From Squalus acanthias (Eukaryota), in NCBI GenBank assembly GCA_030390025.1, contig CM059438.1, forward strand, positions 54,066,001 to 54,126,000: DNA of 60,000 nucleotides, given 5' to 3'. This document shows positions 38,328 through 51,250 of the stretch, one piece after another. Both the position numbers and the translations under genes were made by a program. The notes under the pieces were generated by a model that worked only from the letters and a program-made list of their open reading frames with translations, was not told where the DNA came from and ran no database searches. The stretch's first letter is position 1. Every line of letters begins with the position of its first letter.

Positions 38328-38467
38328 CTCCTGTGCCTGATTGGAGAGTCCTTTGATGAGTACAGTGACGAGGTGTGTGGAGCTGTTGTAAATGTCAGGC
38401 CGAAAGGTGACAAAATAGCAATCTGGACAGGGAACTGCCAAAACAGAGAAGCAGTCGTTTCAATAGG
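38328..38467 (+). CDS. eif4e1c: eIF4E-1C exon 6 ([47 protein letters not shown])
   Basis: CACTAG acceptor, GTAAGT donor, 140 nt; [16 protein letters not shown] is 1C-type. Confidence 0.98.
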
Positions 38468-39739
38468 GTAAGTGCCAATGTCGCAATCTTTGGTATTAAA
38501 GTGTGGGGGTGGGGGGCTGTTCTGTGTCGTGCTGTGACTTATTCTATTTTACTCTCCCCTGCCCTTGTCCTGTTTTGGGTTTTCCCAGGATGGGTGCCAT
38601 TTGTATGAGGGCATCAAAATACGAAGAAAGACTTGAAAAATTGGGTCTTCGTTACACGAGCACAGATTACGGGTCAATATGATAGAAGTGTTTTAAGTTA
38701 GGAAAGGGTAGATAGATGCAGACTGTTTCTAGTAGTTGAGGGGTCTAGAACAAGGGGCCATAGATATGATTAAATGGAAGAGATTTCGAACAGAGGAAAA
38801 GAGACACTTCAGAGAGTTGTGAAGCTGTGCAATTCACTTCCAAGGTTAATTGAGGCAGAAACTGTTGACATTCAAGATTAGATTGGATAGGTGGATGTGG
38901 GAAAAGTAACTGAAGGGATATGGGTGGGTAAATGTGAGTAGGACTAGTTGTGTGGAGGATAAACACCAACATGGACTGGATGGGCCGAATGGCCTGTTTC
39001 CATGTTGTAACATCTCTCTATGATGATTCACCAGGTTCCCAGCACTGTTCAGTTTTGCTGTTGTGCACTTCTGCAAAACACAGATCAGTGTATGACCCCT
39101 GGTGACTGCCATTTCCTCCCTGTATGGGGAAAGTGGAGGGGGTGGGGGGAAAGAGATGACCCGAGGTGACCCAGCCCCTCCTCTGAGGGTGAGTTGACCC
39201 CGGTGATTCATCCAGTTCCTGTTTGTGTGGTGGGTGGGGGGGGTTGCCCAGAATTTGTTGATAATGGGGCCAAGATGTGTATTCGGTTAGTTTCTGTCTG
39301 ATATTCTGCCCGGATGGTTTGCTGAATCACTGGCGGACAGTTCCATGGGCGCACTCTACTACCTCACTGGAAAGCCTTTACCTATCCTGTCCTCACCAGG
39401 TGACCAGTAGGGCTCACTGAATAATGGACAGGAGCTGGGCTGAGTTTATTTTTTCTTCTCCCTTGTCCAGAGGCCCTGAGGAACAGTGCCTGTCCCTAGC
39501 TGCTGGCCCAACCGGAAATAAGCTACTTGAGCAGAGAGCGGGGTCCAGCCTGGGATCTCCTGCACAGTGTGGCTCCCATCACTGGTGCGCTGCCTTCAAC
39601 AACTCCGCCTTTAATGGGAGCTTTGCTGCTCATCGAGCTTCAGCCAAGGACCTCTACTGAACCACCAGTTGGCAATTGGGAAACGGGGCGTGCTGCTGCA
39701 GACCCACTCCAGCGCCAGTTTGAGGGAGGGGGGCAGCCA

Positions 39740-42557
39740 GTCCGTGCAGTTGAGATGAATAATCATGATAATGAAACAGTTTGGGTGGAGATAAGGAATA
39801 ATAAGGGGAAAAAAACACTAGTGGGCGTAGTCTATAGGCCTCCGAACAGTTGCAACTCTGTTGGACGGAGTATCAATCAGGAAATAGTTGAGGCATGTAA
39901 TAAGGGAACATCTATAATTATGGGGGATTTTAACTATCATATTAATTGGACAAATCAAATGGGGCAGGGCTGCCTTGAGGATGAGTTCATTGAGTGTATT
40001 AGGGATGGGTTTCTTGAGCAGTATGTAACTGAACCGACCAGGGGGCAAGCAACCTTAGATCTGGTCCTGTGTAACGAGACAGGATTAATTAAAAATGTCC
40101 TAGTAAAGGATCCCCTTGGAATGAGTGACCATAACATGGTTGAATTCCATATTCAATTAGAGGGTGAGAAGGTTGGATCTCAAACAAGCGTGCTAAGCTT
40201 GAATAAAGGAGACTATGAAGGTATGCGAGCGGAATTGAGTAGAGTGGATTGGGAAAATAGATTAAAGGGTAAGACGACACATGATCAGTGGTGTACATTC
40301 AAGGAGTTATTTTACAACTTCCAAAAAAAATATATTCCACTGAAAAGAAAAGGGTGTAAAAGAAAGGACAGTCATCCGTGGCTAAGTAAAGAAATTAAGG
40401 ATAGTATTCGACTAAAAACAAGGGCATATAAGGTAGCGAAATCTAGTGGAGGACAGAGGATTGGGAAAACTTTAAAAGGCAGCAAAAAATAACAAAAAGA
40501 TTGATTAAGAAAGGGAAGATAGATTATGAAAGTAAATTAGCAAAAAATATAAAAACAGATAGTAAGAGTTTTTATAGTTATATAAAAAGAAAAAGGGTGG
40601 CTAAAGTAAATGTTGGTCCCTTAGAGGATGAGACCGGGAAATTAATGTTGGGAAATATGGAGATGGCAAAAACACTGAATGAATATTTTGTATCAGTCTT
40701 TACAGTAGAGGACACTAAGAATATCCCAACACTGGACAAACAGGGGGCTATAGGGGGAGAGGAGCTAAACACGATCCAAATCAGTAAGGAAGTGGTACTC
40801 GGTAAAATAATGGGACTCAAGGCGGATAAATCACCTGGACCTGATGGCTTACATCCTAGAGTCTTGAAGGAAGTGGCGGTAGGGATTGTAGATGCATTGG
40901 TAATAATTTTTCAAAACTCCCTGGATTCCGCTGAGGTCCCGGCAGACTGGAAAACTGCTAATGTAACACCCTTATTTAAAAAGGGCAGTAGACAGAAGGC
41001 TGGTAACTATAGACCGGTTAGCCTAACATCTGTGGTAGGTAAAATTTTGGAGTCCATTATTAAGGAAACAGTAACAGGACATTTGGATAATCATAATTTA
41101 ATAGGACAAAGTCAGCATGGTTTTACGAAGGGGAAGTCATGTTTGACAAATTTGCTGGAGTTCTTTGAGGAAGTAACATATAGAGTGGATAAAGGGGAAC
41201 CAGTGGACGTAGTGTATTTAGACTTCCAAAAGGCATTTGACAAGGTGCCACACAAAAGATTATTGCTTAAGGTAAAAAATCACGGGATTGGGGGTAATAT
41301 TCTGGCATGGATAGAGGATTGGCTATCCAACAGAAAGCAAAGAGTTGGGATAAATGGTTCATTCTCAGACTGGCAATCAGTAACTAGTGGTGTTCCACAG
41401 GGGTCAGTGCTGGGTCCCCAACTCTTTACAATCTATATTAACGATTTGGAGGAAGGGACCAAGTGTAACATATCAAAATTTGCAGATGATACAAAGATGG
41501 GAGGGAAAGTAGTGAGTGAGGAGGACATAAAAAACCTGCAAGGGGACATAGACAGGCTAAGTAAGTGGGCAGAGATTTGGCAGATGGAATACAACACTGG
41601 AAAGTGTGAGGTGATGCACTTTGGCAGGAAAAATCCTAGAGCAATTTATTATCTTAATGGCAAGAAACTGGAGAGTACTGAAGTGCAAAGGGATCTGGGG
41701 GTCCTGGTGCACGAAACTCAAAAGGTTAGTATGCAGGTGCAGCAAGTGATTAAGAAGGCAAATGGAATGTTGGCTTTCATTGCTAGGGGGATAGAATATA
41801 AAAATAGGGAGGTATTGCTTCAGTTGTACAAGGTATTGGTGAGACCGCACCTGGAATACTGCATACAGTTTTGGTGTCCTTACTTAAGGAAAGACATCCT
41901 TGCTCTCGAGGCAGTGCAAAAAAGGTTCACTCGGTTAATCCCGGGGATGAGGGGGTGGTCATATGAGGAGAGGTTGGGTAGATTGGGACTCTACTCATTG
42001 GAGTTCAGAAGAATGAGAGGCGATCTTATTGAAACATATAAGATTGTGAAGGGGTTGGATCGGGTGGATGCGGGGAGGATGTTCCCGATGACGGGTGAGA
42101 CGAGAACTAGGGGACATAGTCTTAGAATAAGGGGCTGCTCTTTCAAAACTGAGATGAGGAGGAACTACTTCACTCAGAGGGTGGTAGGTCCATGGAATAT
42201 GCTGCCACAAAAAGCTGTAGAAGCTACAACATTAATTAAATTTAAAACAGAAATAGACAGTTTCCTAGAAGTAAAGGGCATTAAGGGTTACGGGGAGCGG
42301 GCAGGAATTTGGACATGAGTCTAGGTTCGGATCGGTCATGGCCCTGTGGGTAGTGGAGCGGGCCCAGGGACCGTGTAGCCTGATTCTGCTCCTATTTCGT
42401 GTGTGCAATTCTGTTAGATGCAGGAGATGGTTCTGTGATAGATAGTAGATTGGCGGTTAGGATCAGATCAGCCATGATCTTATTGAATGGCGGAGCAGGC
42501 TCGAGGGGCCGATTGGCCTACTCCTGCTCCTATTTCTTATGTTCTTATGTTCTTATG
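39740..42557 (+). mobile_element. Young 5'-truncated CR1 LINE; ORF2 intact apart from one frameshift
   Basis: ORF 39527..40492 (APE C-half) and 40501..42318 (complete RT) join by a 1-nt shift near 40448; (TTCTTATG)n tail 42534-42557. Confidence 0.95.
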
Positions 42558-42834
42558 AAGGGAAAAGCCATGAGCAGGAAATCTGAGATAAAAGCAGGTC
42601 AGCAGCTGAAGGTTAAAAAGACAGGTTAACATTTTGGGTGTGACCCAGCATCTGAATTCTGATGAAGCATCTCACCTGAAACTAACCTTTCTCTTTCACA
42701 CACTGATCGACCCATGAACTCCCAGCATTTCCTTCTGTTCCAGAATAGCGCTCACATTAGCTGTCAGTAGTACCTTCAACTTTCACTCTGCGTAAATGTT
42801 TGCATTTTATAAATAAATTAAATGTATTTTACAG

Positions 42835-42949
42835 GCAATTGTACAAAGAACGTTTAGGACTGTCTTTGAAAGCTCTTATTGGTTACCAGTCACATGATGA
42901 CACATCTAGCAAAAGTGGATCCACAACAAAGAACCTGTTCTCGGTTTAG
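42835..42949 (+). CDS. eif4e1c: eIF4E-1C exon 7 coding part (QLYKERLGLSLKALIGYQSHDDTSSKSGSTTKNLFSV*)
   Basis: TTTTACAG acceptor, stop TAG 42947-42949; YQSHDDTSSKSGSTTKN includes the S209-equivalent site. Confidence 0.98.
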
Positions 42950-44560
42950 GGAACAGTCTCCGATGCAGCAAACAAACTGAGATTCATCTGGTAACATGGG
43001 TAAAAGTAACAAACATTGGATCTGTCAACACACAAAGAAACTTGCAGCAAGCAGGAGCCGAGCGAGCCATGTTCTGGGATAACCTTGCGGCTGATCAGAT
43101 TCGGTTTCTATTGGCAAATGAAAGGAGGATGGAGGAAGCCATACCATCGGGTCTATAGAATTTTTTTTTCTTGATTTTGTCGGGCTCAAATTTAACACTA
43201 GCTGACGGACAGACTATATACATTTTCAGTTTTGACGGCTGTTTCTAACCAATCACTAGCTTAACACAAGGTGCCAGTTGCTTGGTGTGTACACATCACA
43301 CTGCTCCACTTCAGTATGGGCAAAGGGCAGGGTCCAATGAACATTTCCCCTGATATGTGGCCCGACTCGCAGCGTGCTGAGAGCTGCCCTGGATTGGTAA
43401 CAGTGAGAGCAGTGTGTGTGGCACAAAGTAACAGCAGACCAGTTCCTCAGAGTCCCGTTGTAAGGAAGTTGGTACGCTTGAATTGTTAAATCTACAGCAT
43501 TTACAAACTACATGTATAGGAGCCTTTCCTGGTATAAAGCACTCACTAAGGAGCGGCCTTCTACATGGGAGGAAGTGGAATCTGACAGCCACCTCAGTTG
43601 TGCTGTATTAACCTGAAGGGGTTGTGCTTGTGTTAGGGTGAGCTTGCTTTACAGTCTCCCCAGCCTGCCTGAGCTCAGTACAGATGGGAGTTCTCTGGTG
43701 CAGTGTGCTGCACTAGTTCCCCAGTGTGAGAGCTGAACTCTCACTCCCTAAAGGTGGATCTGAGTGCAGAATGGGAACCGACTGCTAATGCCCACGCCCC
43801 TCCCAGAACTGTCTCCGGGAATGTGCTGTTCATTATCCAGTTTACATTTACATGGCAGTGTTAAATTATTCGAAGCCCTGTAATAAGCAGAGCAGACACT
43901 GGCAAAAATACAGAGAGAAATCGTACTTTGTCAAGCTTTCGCGTAGATATAAAGTTGGCGAAGAATTCTAAAACCTGCATTTACAGTTGTAAAACGTGGG
44001 GGCCAATCCAAATAATGTCACTAGTTGAAAACAGCCCAGCTTTGTTTTGCTGTTTCTCTCACCTGCCTCCCCCCTCCCCCTCTGCTGTTTAAACTTATTT
44101 TGAAGGACTTGGAGTTTACTGCTGCTTTGCCTTGTCTCCTGTGTGTCTTCATTACCTTCCGATAACCTGAGTGCCCAGAAACATTCCCGCAAATGTTCGG
44201 TCTGCAGCTCTGTGTTGATTTTGATCACTTGCATTTTGAGGTGAACTTGTTCGCATGTGGAACTATTCCATAGAAAATATTATTTTCTTAAGGTATTTAA
44301 CAGTTAAAAAGCATTGCTGTGAATTTAATTTGAAGGTTTTAAAAGGATGTTGAACAGCCATCCTTATTTGAGATTCTTTGATTGGATTTGTAAATCTTTT
44401 CACAGTAGATGAAATCAAAATTAGAAATTAGGGATATTGCCTGATGAGCAGGAAAACTGATGCTTTTAATATCCTTTCACCAGTATTTTCTCATTTGGTA
44501 TTGTGCACTGTATGAATTCCAGAACTTGGTAATAAATGCTAATATTGGAACTAATGTGTG
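42950..44560 (+). other. eif4e1c: Probable eif4e1c 3'UTR with polyadenylation signal AATAAA at 44531-44536
   Basis: No recognisable repeats; AU-rich distal part; U/GU-rich sequence after the AATAAA; alternative AATAAA at 45163-45172. Confidence 0.6.
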
Positions 44561-45858
44561 AATTATTTTGCTGCTGTCACTGTTGATTGTGTATTCCAGC
44601 CGTATGTTAAATCTTTAATTATACTGATTATTCAATTTTAAATACATTTGTGTTGGAAATTGCCTTTTCCCTCATTTGTCTATAAATTATTGAATGCTCT
44701 ACGCCCAGAGTCTTCAGCCAGCACAAGACAAGAGCAAGTCTACTGCTAATCTGGGATAGAATGGGAATCTCTCAGCCAGGGTTCCTGTGGAAGTGCGTAT
44801 CTAATGATGCTAGGTGGAGGCAGACACTGGCTCAGCTGCCAAGGTTCTTACAGTTGGATAGTCGACCAGCAATCGTTGTCCAGGCCTGGCTGAAAACCGG
44901 CCAGCTGGGTGAGGTATGGGAGCTGCTGCACTGGTGGAGTTGTACCCAGGCAGCAGAGAGTGGAGGAGAGGACTCTGTCCACACTTCTCTTCATCCTCCT
45001 GTTCACCGTCTTTGTCACTAGGATTGGTTAGTAAGTGGCACTAAAACTCTGTCCCCCAAGCTGCTGGGAGACCGAAGAAACTAGAGTAAAGTTTTAACGG
45101 CGTGCCAATGCCTCAGGAGATGCAGTTGAACATCAATAGAAATGAATAACTATGCCAGTCCAAATAAATAAAGCCTATGGTCAGAATTTAAATTCTTTTT
45201 AAAAATGAGTCAGGTTGTGGAATTCACATTCATGATCAGTGGTTGTTGCAGAAACTGCCCACATTGAAGATTAGATTGGATCGGTGGATGAAGGGATGTG
45301 GGAACAGGGTGGGTTAATGTGACTAGAACTATTGTGTGATGGGTAATTGCTGACACGAACTGGTTCCGTGTTGTAACTTCTATGTATTTCTTTGTGCTGT
45401 AATCATGTTTTAGTCTTCATTTGAATTCCTGATGGTATGGAGTGGAGGCCGTCATGTATCCTGGGGTCAGTGCTTCATGTCTCAGCCTCTGACCACTGCC
45501 AACTTGTGCAGGGAAGGCTGCTTCAGAGACACACCAACTCTGCAGAGGAATTAAAAGCAGTTTTAACAGAGAAAGTAATACATGATACCATTTTTTTTAA
45601 ACATGTCACAATGAACTTGAGAGACTGGGAAAAACTTGGACTGTTTTGGCTTGAACAGGTAACGGCAGAAAAAGTAAATATAAACACCATTATAAGTTGA
45701 ATCATGACTGGATATAGGGCACAGGTTCAAACTAGCAAGAGGCAGATTTAGGACTGATGTTGACAAGTTCTTTGGAATGGATTTCAGAGTGGGGGAGGAA
45801 GAAACGTGCAGCTGCTAAGGGAAATGTCCTATGAGGGTGAATGTAGGAGTGGACGAAA

Positions 45859-45978
45859 CCTGTGGTGGACAAGGGAACATCCTGTGGTGGACAAGGGAAC
45901 ATCCTGTGGTGGACAAGGGAACATCCTGTGGTGGACAAGGGAACATCCTGTGGTGGACAAGGGAACATCCTGTGGTGG
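45859..45978 (+). repeat. 22-bp minisatellite (CCTGTGGTGGACAAGGGAACAT), ~5.5 copies
   Basis: Identical tandem units. Confidence 0.93.
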
Positions 45979-45999
45979 AGAATGTAGGAACGGGGAAGG

Positions 46000-46515
46000 A
46001 GAAACATAGGAACAGGAATAGGCCATTCAGCCCCTCGAGCCTGTTCTGCCATTCAATTAGATCATAGCTGATCTGTAGCTTAACTCCATCTACCTGACTT
46101 GGTTCCATAACCTTTAATACCCTTACCTAACAAAATTCGATCAACTTCAGTTTTGAAATTTTCTATTGAGCCTCCAGCCTCAACAGCTTTTTGAAGGATA
46201 GAGTTCCAGATTTCCACCGCTCTTTGTGTGAAGAAGTGTTTTCTGACATCACCCCTGAATGGCTTAGCTCTAATTTTAAGGTTGTGCCTCCTTGTTCTAG
46301 ACTCCACCCCCCCTCCCCACCAGAGGAAATAATTTTTCTCTATCTACCCTATCAACCCCTTTAATCATAAACACCTCAGTTATATCACCCCTTTAATCTT
46401 CTATACTCAACGGAATACAAGCCTAGTCTGTACAACCTGTCTTCATAATTTAACCCTCTAAACTCCAGTATCATTCTGGCTAATATATTCTTCCTGAGGT
46501 GCAGTGCCCAGAACT
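46000..46515 (-). mobile_element. CR1 3' fragment
   Basis: ORF 46080..46307 (HFFTQRAVEIWN) and CR1 3'UTR. Confidence 0.85.
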
Positions 46516-46519
46516 TTTT

Positions 46520-49500
46520 TTTTCGTTTATGGGATGTGGGCGTCGCTGGCAAGGCCTGCATTTATTGCCCATCCCTAATTGCCCTTGAGAAGGTGGTGGT
46601 GAGCCGCCTTCTTGAACCACTGCAGTCCGTGTGGTGAAGGTGCTCCCACAGTGCTGTTAGGGAGGGAGTTCCAGGATTTTGACCCAGCGACGATGAAGGA
46701 TCGGCAATATACTTCTAAGTCAGGATGGTGTGTGACTTGGAGGGGAACTTGGAGGTGGTGGTGTTTCCATGCGCCTGCTGCCCTTGTCCTTCTAGGTGGA
46801 AGAGGTCGCGGGTTTGGGAGGTGATGCCGAAGAAGCCTTGGCGAGTTGCTGCAGTGCATCTTGTAGATGGTACACACTGTAGTGGAGGGAGTGAATGTTT
46901 AAGGTGGTGGATGGGGTGATCAAGCGGGCTGCTTTGTCCTGGATGGTGTCGAGCTTCTTGAGTGTTGTTGGAGCTTCACTCATCCAGGCAAGTGGCGAGT
47001 ATTCCATCACACTCCTTACTTGTGCCTTGTAGATGGTGGAAAGGCTTTGGGGAGTCGGGAGGTGAGACACTCGCTGGAGAATACCTAGCCTCTGACCTGC
47101 ACTTGTTGCCACAGTATTTATGTGGCTGGTCCAGTTAAGTTTCTGGTCAATGGTGACCCCCGGGATGTTGATGGTGGGGGATTTGGCGATGGTAATGCTG
47201 TTGAATGTCAAGGTGCGGTGGTTAGACTCTCACTTGTTGGAGATAGTCATTGCCTGGCACTTCTCAGCCCAAGCCTGAATGTCATCCAGGTCTTGTTGCA
47301 TGCTGGTATGGACTGCTTCATTATCTGAGGAGTTGTGAATGGTGCTGAACACTGCAGTCATCAGCGAACATCCGCATTTCTGACCTTATGTTGGAGGGAA
47401 GGTCATTGATGAAGCAGCTGAAGATGGTTGGGCCTTGGACACTGCCCTGAGGAACTCCTGCAGCGATGTCCTGGGGCTGTGATGATTGACCTTCAACCAC
47501 CACAACCATCTTCCTTTGTGCTAGGTATGACTCCAGCCAGTGGAAAGTTTTCCCCCCGATTCCCATTGACTTCAGTTTTATTAGGCCTCCTTGATGCCGC
47601 ACTCGGTCAAATACTGCCTTGATGTCAAGGGCAGTCACTCTCACCTCACCTCTGAAATTCAGCTCCTTTGTCCATGTTTGGACCAAGGCTGAAATGAGGT
47701 CGGGAGCCAAGTGGTCTTGGCGGAACCCAAACTGAGCATCAGTGAGCAGGTTATTGGTAAGTAAGTACTGCTTGATAGCACTGTCGATGATACCTTCCAT
47801 CACTTTGCTGATAATTGAGAGTAGACTGATGGGGCGGTAATTGGCCGGATTGGATTCATCCTGCCTTTTGTGGACAGGACATACCTGGGCAGTTTTCCAC
47901 ATTGTCGGATAGATGTCAGTGTTATAGCTGTACTGGAACAGCTTGGCTAGAGGCACGGCTAGTTCTGGAGCACAAGTCTTCAGCACGATAGCCGGGATGT
48001 TGTCGGGGCCCATAGCCTTTGCTGTATCCAGGGCGCTCAGCCGTTTCTTGATGATATGTGGAGTGAATCGAATTGGCTGAAAACTGGCTTCTGTGATGGT
48101 GGGGACCTCAGGAGTAGGCCAATATGGATCATCCACTCGGCACTTGTGGCTGAAGATGGTTGCAAACACTTCAGCCTTGTCGTTTGCACTCACGTGCTGG
48201 GCTCCACCATCATTGAGCATAGGGATATTCATGGAGCCTCCTCCTCCCGTTAGTTGTTTAATGGTCCAGCACCATTCACGACTGGATGTGGCAAGACTGC
48301 AGAGCTTTGAGCTGATCCGTTGATTGTGCGATCGCTTAGTCCTGTCTATAGCATGCTGCTTCCGCTTTTTAGCATGCATGTAGTCCTGTGTAGCAGCTTC
48401 CCCAGGTTGGCATCTCATTTTTAGGTGCGCCTGGTGCTGCTCCTGGCATACTCTTCTGCACTCCTTATTGAACCAGGGTTGCTCCCCTGGCTTGATGGTA
48501 ATGGTAGAGTGAGGGATATGCCGGGCCATGAGGTTACAGATTGTGGTGGAATACAATTCTGCTGCTGCTGATGGCCCACATCGCCTCATGGATGTCCAGT
48601 TTTGAGCTGCTTGATCTGTTCTGAATCTATCCCATTTAGCACAGTGGTAGTGCCACACAACACGATAGAGGGTGTCCTCAGTGTGAAGACGGGACTTCGT
48701 CTCCACAATGAGGGTGCGGTGGTCACTGCTACCAATGCTGTCATGGACAGATGCATCTGCGACAGGTAGATTGGTGAGGACGAGGTGAAGTAGGTTTTTC
48801 CCTCGTGTTGGTTCTCTCACCACCTGTCGCAAGCCCAGACTGGCAGCTATGTCCTTCAGGACTCGGTCAACTCAGTCAGTAGTGGTGCTACCGAGCCACT
48901 CTTGGTGATGGACATTGAATTCCCCCACCCAGAGTACATTCTGTGCCCTTGCTACTCTCAGTGCTTCTTCCAAGTGGTGTTCAACATGGAGGAGTACTGA
49001 TTCATCAGCTGAGGGAGGGCGGTAGGTGGTAATCAGCAGGAGGTTTCCTTGCCCATGCTTGACCTGACCTGAAGCCCGGAGTCAATGTTGAGGACTCCCA
49101 GGGCCACTCCTTCCCGACTGTATACCACGGTGCCGCCACCCCTGGTGGGCCTGTCGGTGGGACAGGACATACCCAGGGATGGTGATGGAGGAGTTTGGGA
49201 CATTGGCTGAAAGGTATGATTCTGTGAGTATGACAGCTCTCCCAATTTTGGCACAAGTGATGTTGGTGAGGAGGACTTTGCAGGGTCGACTGGGCTGGGT
49301 GTGCCGTTGCCGCGTCCATAGCCAGTTCCGAGGTCTATGCCGGGTGGTCTGTCCGGTTTCATTCTTATTATTGTGTTTCATAGGGATTTGTTACAACTGA
49401 GTGGTTTGCTAGGCTATTTCAGAGGGCAGTTAAGAGTCAACCACATTGCTGTGGGTCTGGAGTCACATATAGGCCAGACCAGGTAAGGACGGCAGATTTC

Positions 49501-49575
49501 CTTCCCTAAAGGACATTAGTGAACCAGATGGGTTTGTTATGACAATCCGATAGTTTCATGGTTACCATCACTAGT
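46520..49575 (-). mobile_element. CR1-clade LINE of a second lineage (APE-RT, frameshifted) whose 5' leader and 3' tail match the tRNA-SINE
   Basis: ORF 47321..48832 (SDH, NYRPISLL, ALDIKAVFDRV, GVPQGSVQGP, MFADD); tail TTTATTGCCCATCCCTAATTGCCC at ~46560. Confidence 0.9.
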
Positions 49576-49589
49576 ATCAAGGTCAGTGA

Positions 49590-51250
49590 AGGTCTTCCAC
49601 CAGGTAGAGAATCACCTGCAATGGCTTCTCTTCCCGCTCCCGCACTGTTACCTCTGGAGACCCCAAGGATCTATCCTTGGTCCCCTTCTATTTCTCATCT
49701 ACATGCTGCCCCTTGGCGACATCATCCAAAAACACAGTGTCAGTTTCTACATGTACGCTGACAACACCCAGCTCGACCTCATCACCTTTCTCGACCCCTC
49801 CACTGCTTTTGATTTGTCATGCTGCCTGTTCGACATCCAGTATTGGATGAGCAGAAATTTCCTCCAACTAAATATTGCCATTGTCTTCGCCATGAACTCC
49901 ATCCCTCTCCTTGGCCACTGTGTGAGGCTGAACCAGACCGTTTGCAAGCTCGGCGTCCTATTTGATCCTGAGATGAGCTTCCGACCCCATATCCTCTCCA
50001 TCACCAAGACTGCCTACTTCCATCTCCGTAACATTGCCGACTCCGCCCCTGCCTCAGCTCATCTGCTGCTGAAATCCTCATCCATGCCTTTATTATTTCT
50101 AGGCTGGACTATTAAAATACTCTCCTAGCCAGCCTCCCACGTTGCACCATCCATGAACTTGAGCTCATCCAGAACTCTGCTGCCCGTATCCTACCCAAAC
50201 CAAGTCCCGTTCACCCATCACCCCTGTGCTCGCTGACCTACATTGGCATCTAGTCCGGCAACGCCTCGATTTAAAAATTCTCACCCTTGTTTTCAAATCC
50301 CTCCATTGCCTCGCTCTTCCTTATCTCTGTAATCTCCTTCAGCCCTACAACCCTCTGAGATCTCTGCACTCCTCCAATTCTGGCCTCTTGCGCATCCCCG
50401 ATTTTCATCGTTCTACCATTGGCGTCCGTGCCTTCAGCTGCCTCGGCCCTAGATCTGGAATTCCCCCCCTAAACATGTCTGTCTCTCTACCTCTCATTTG
50501 TTCTTGGTAAGTTCTCCCAAGTTACACACCAGCCTAACTTGGAAATGTATTGCCGTTCCTTCATTGTCGCTGGGTCAAAATCTTGGAACTCCCTCCCTAA
50601 CAGCACTGTGGGAGTACCTTCACCACAGGGACTGCAGTGGTTCAAGAAGGCGGCTCACCACCACCTTCTCAGGGCAATTAGGGATGGGCAATAAATGCTG
50701 GCCTTGCCAGCGACGCCCACATCCCAGAACTAATTTTTTAAAAAGACGCACCTTAAAACCTTTGATCCAGTTTTTGGTCACCTATCGTAATATTTCCTTG
50801 TGTGGCTCAGTGTCAAATTTTGTTTGATAATCGCTCCTGTGAAGCGCCTTGGGACATTTTACTATGTTAAAGGTGCTATATAAATACAAGTTGTTGTATC
50901 TGAACTTTCAAAAGGTGTTTTACAAAGTACCACCTAATAGACTTGTTTGCAAAAATGAAGCTCATGTGATTAAAGGGACAGTAGCAGTGTGGATACAAAA
51001 TTGGTTAAGGGACAGAAAGCTGAGAGTAGTGGTGAACGGTTGTCTTTCGGACTGGAGGGAAGTGTACAGTGGTGTTCCCCAAGGATCGGTATTAGGACCA
51101 CTGATCTCTACCTCTCTCTTTGACCAAGCTTTTGGTCACGTGTGCTAATATCTCATGTGGCTCGGTGTCAAATTTTGTTTGATAACGCTCCTGTGATGCG
51201 CCTTGGGACGTTTTGCTACATTAAAGTTGCTTTATAAATGCAAGTTGTTG
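49590..51250 (+). mobile_element. L2 LINE 3' fragment with nested LINE tail and CR1 pieces; L2 tail present twice
   Basis: ORFs 49586..50128 ([18 protein letters not shown]) and 50226..50510; L2 tails end near 50897 and 51250. Confidence 0.8.

Noticed and set aside
39050..39740. Unique GC-balanced intronic stretch and the N-terminal part of ORF 39527..40492 as an extra exon or LINE fusion
   Set aside because: No recognisable homology or convincing splice pair; read-through into the truncated CR1 frame can occur by chance
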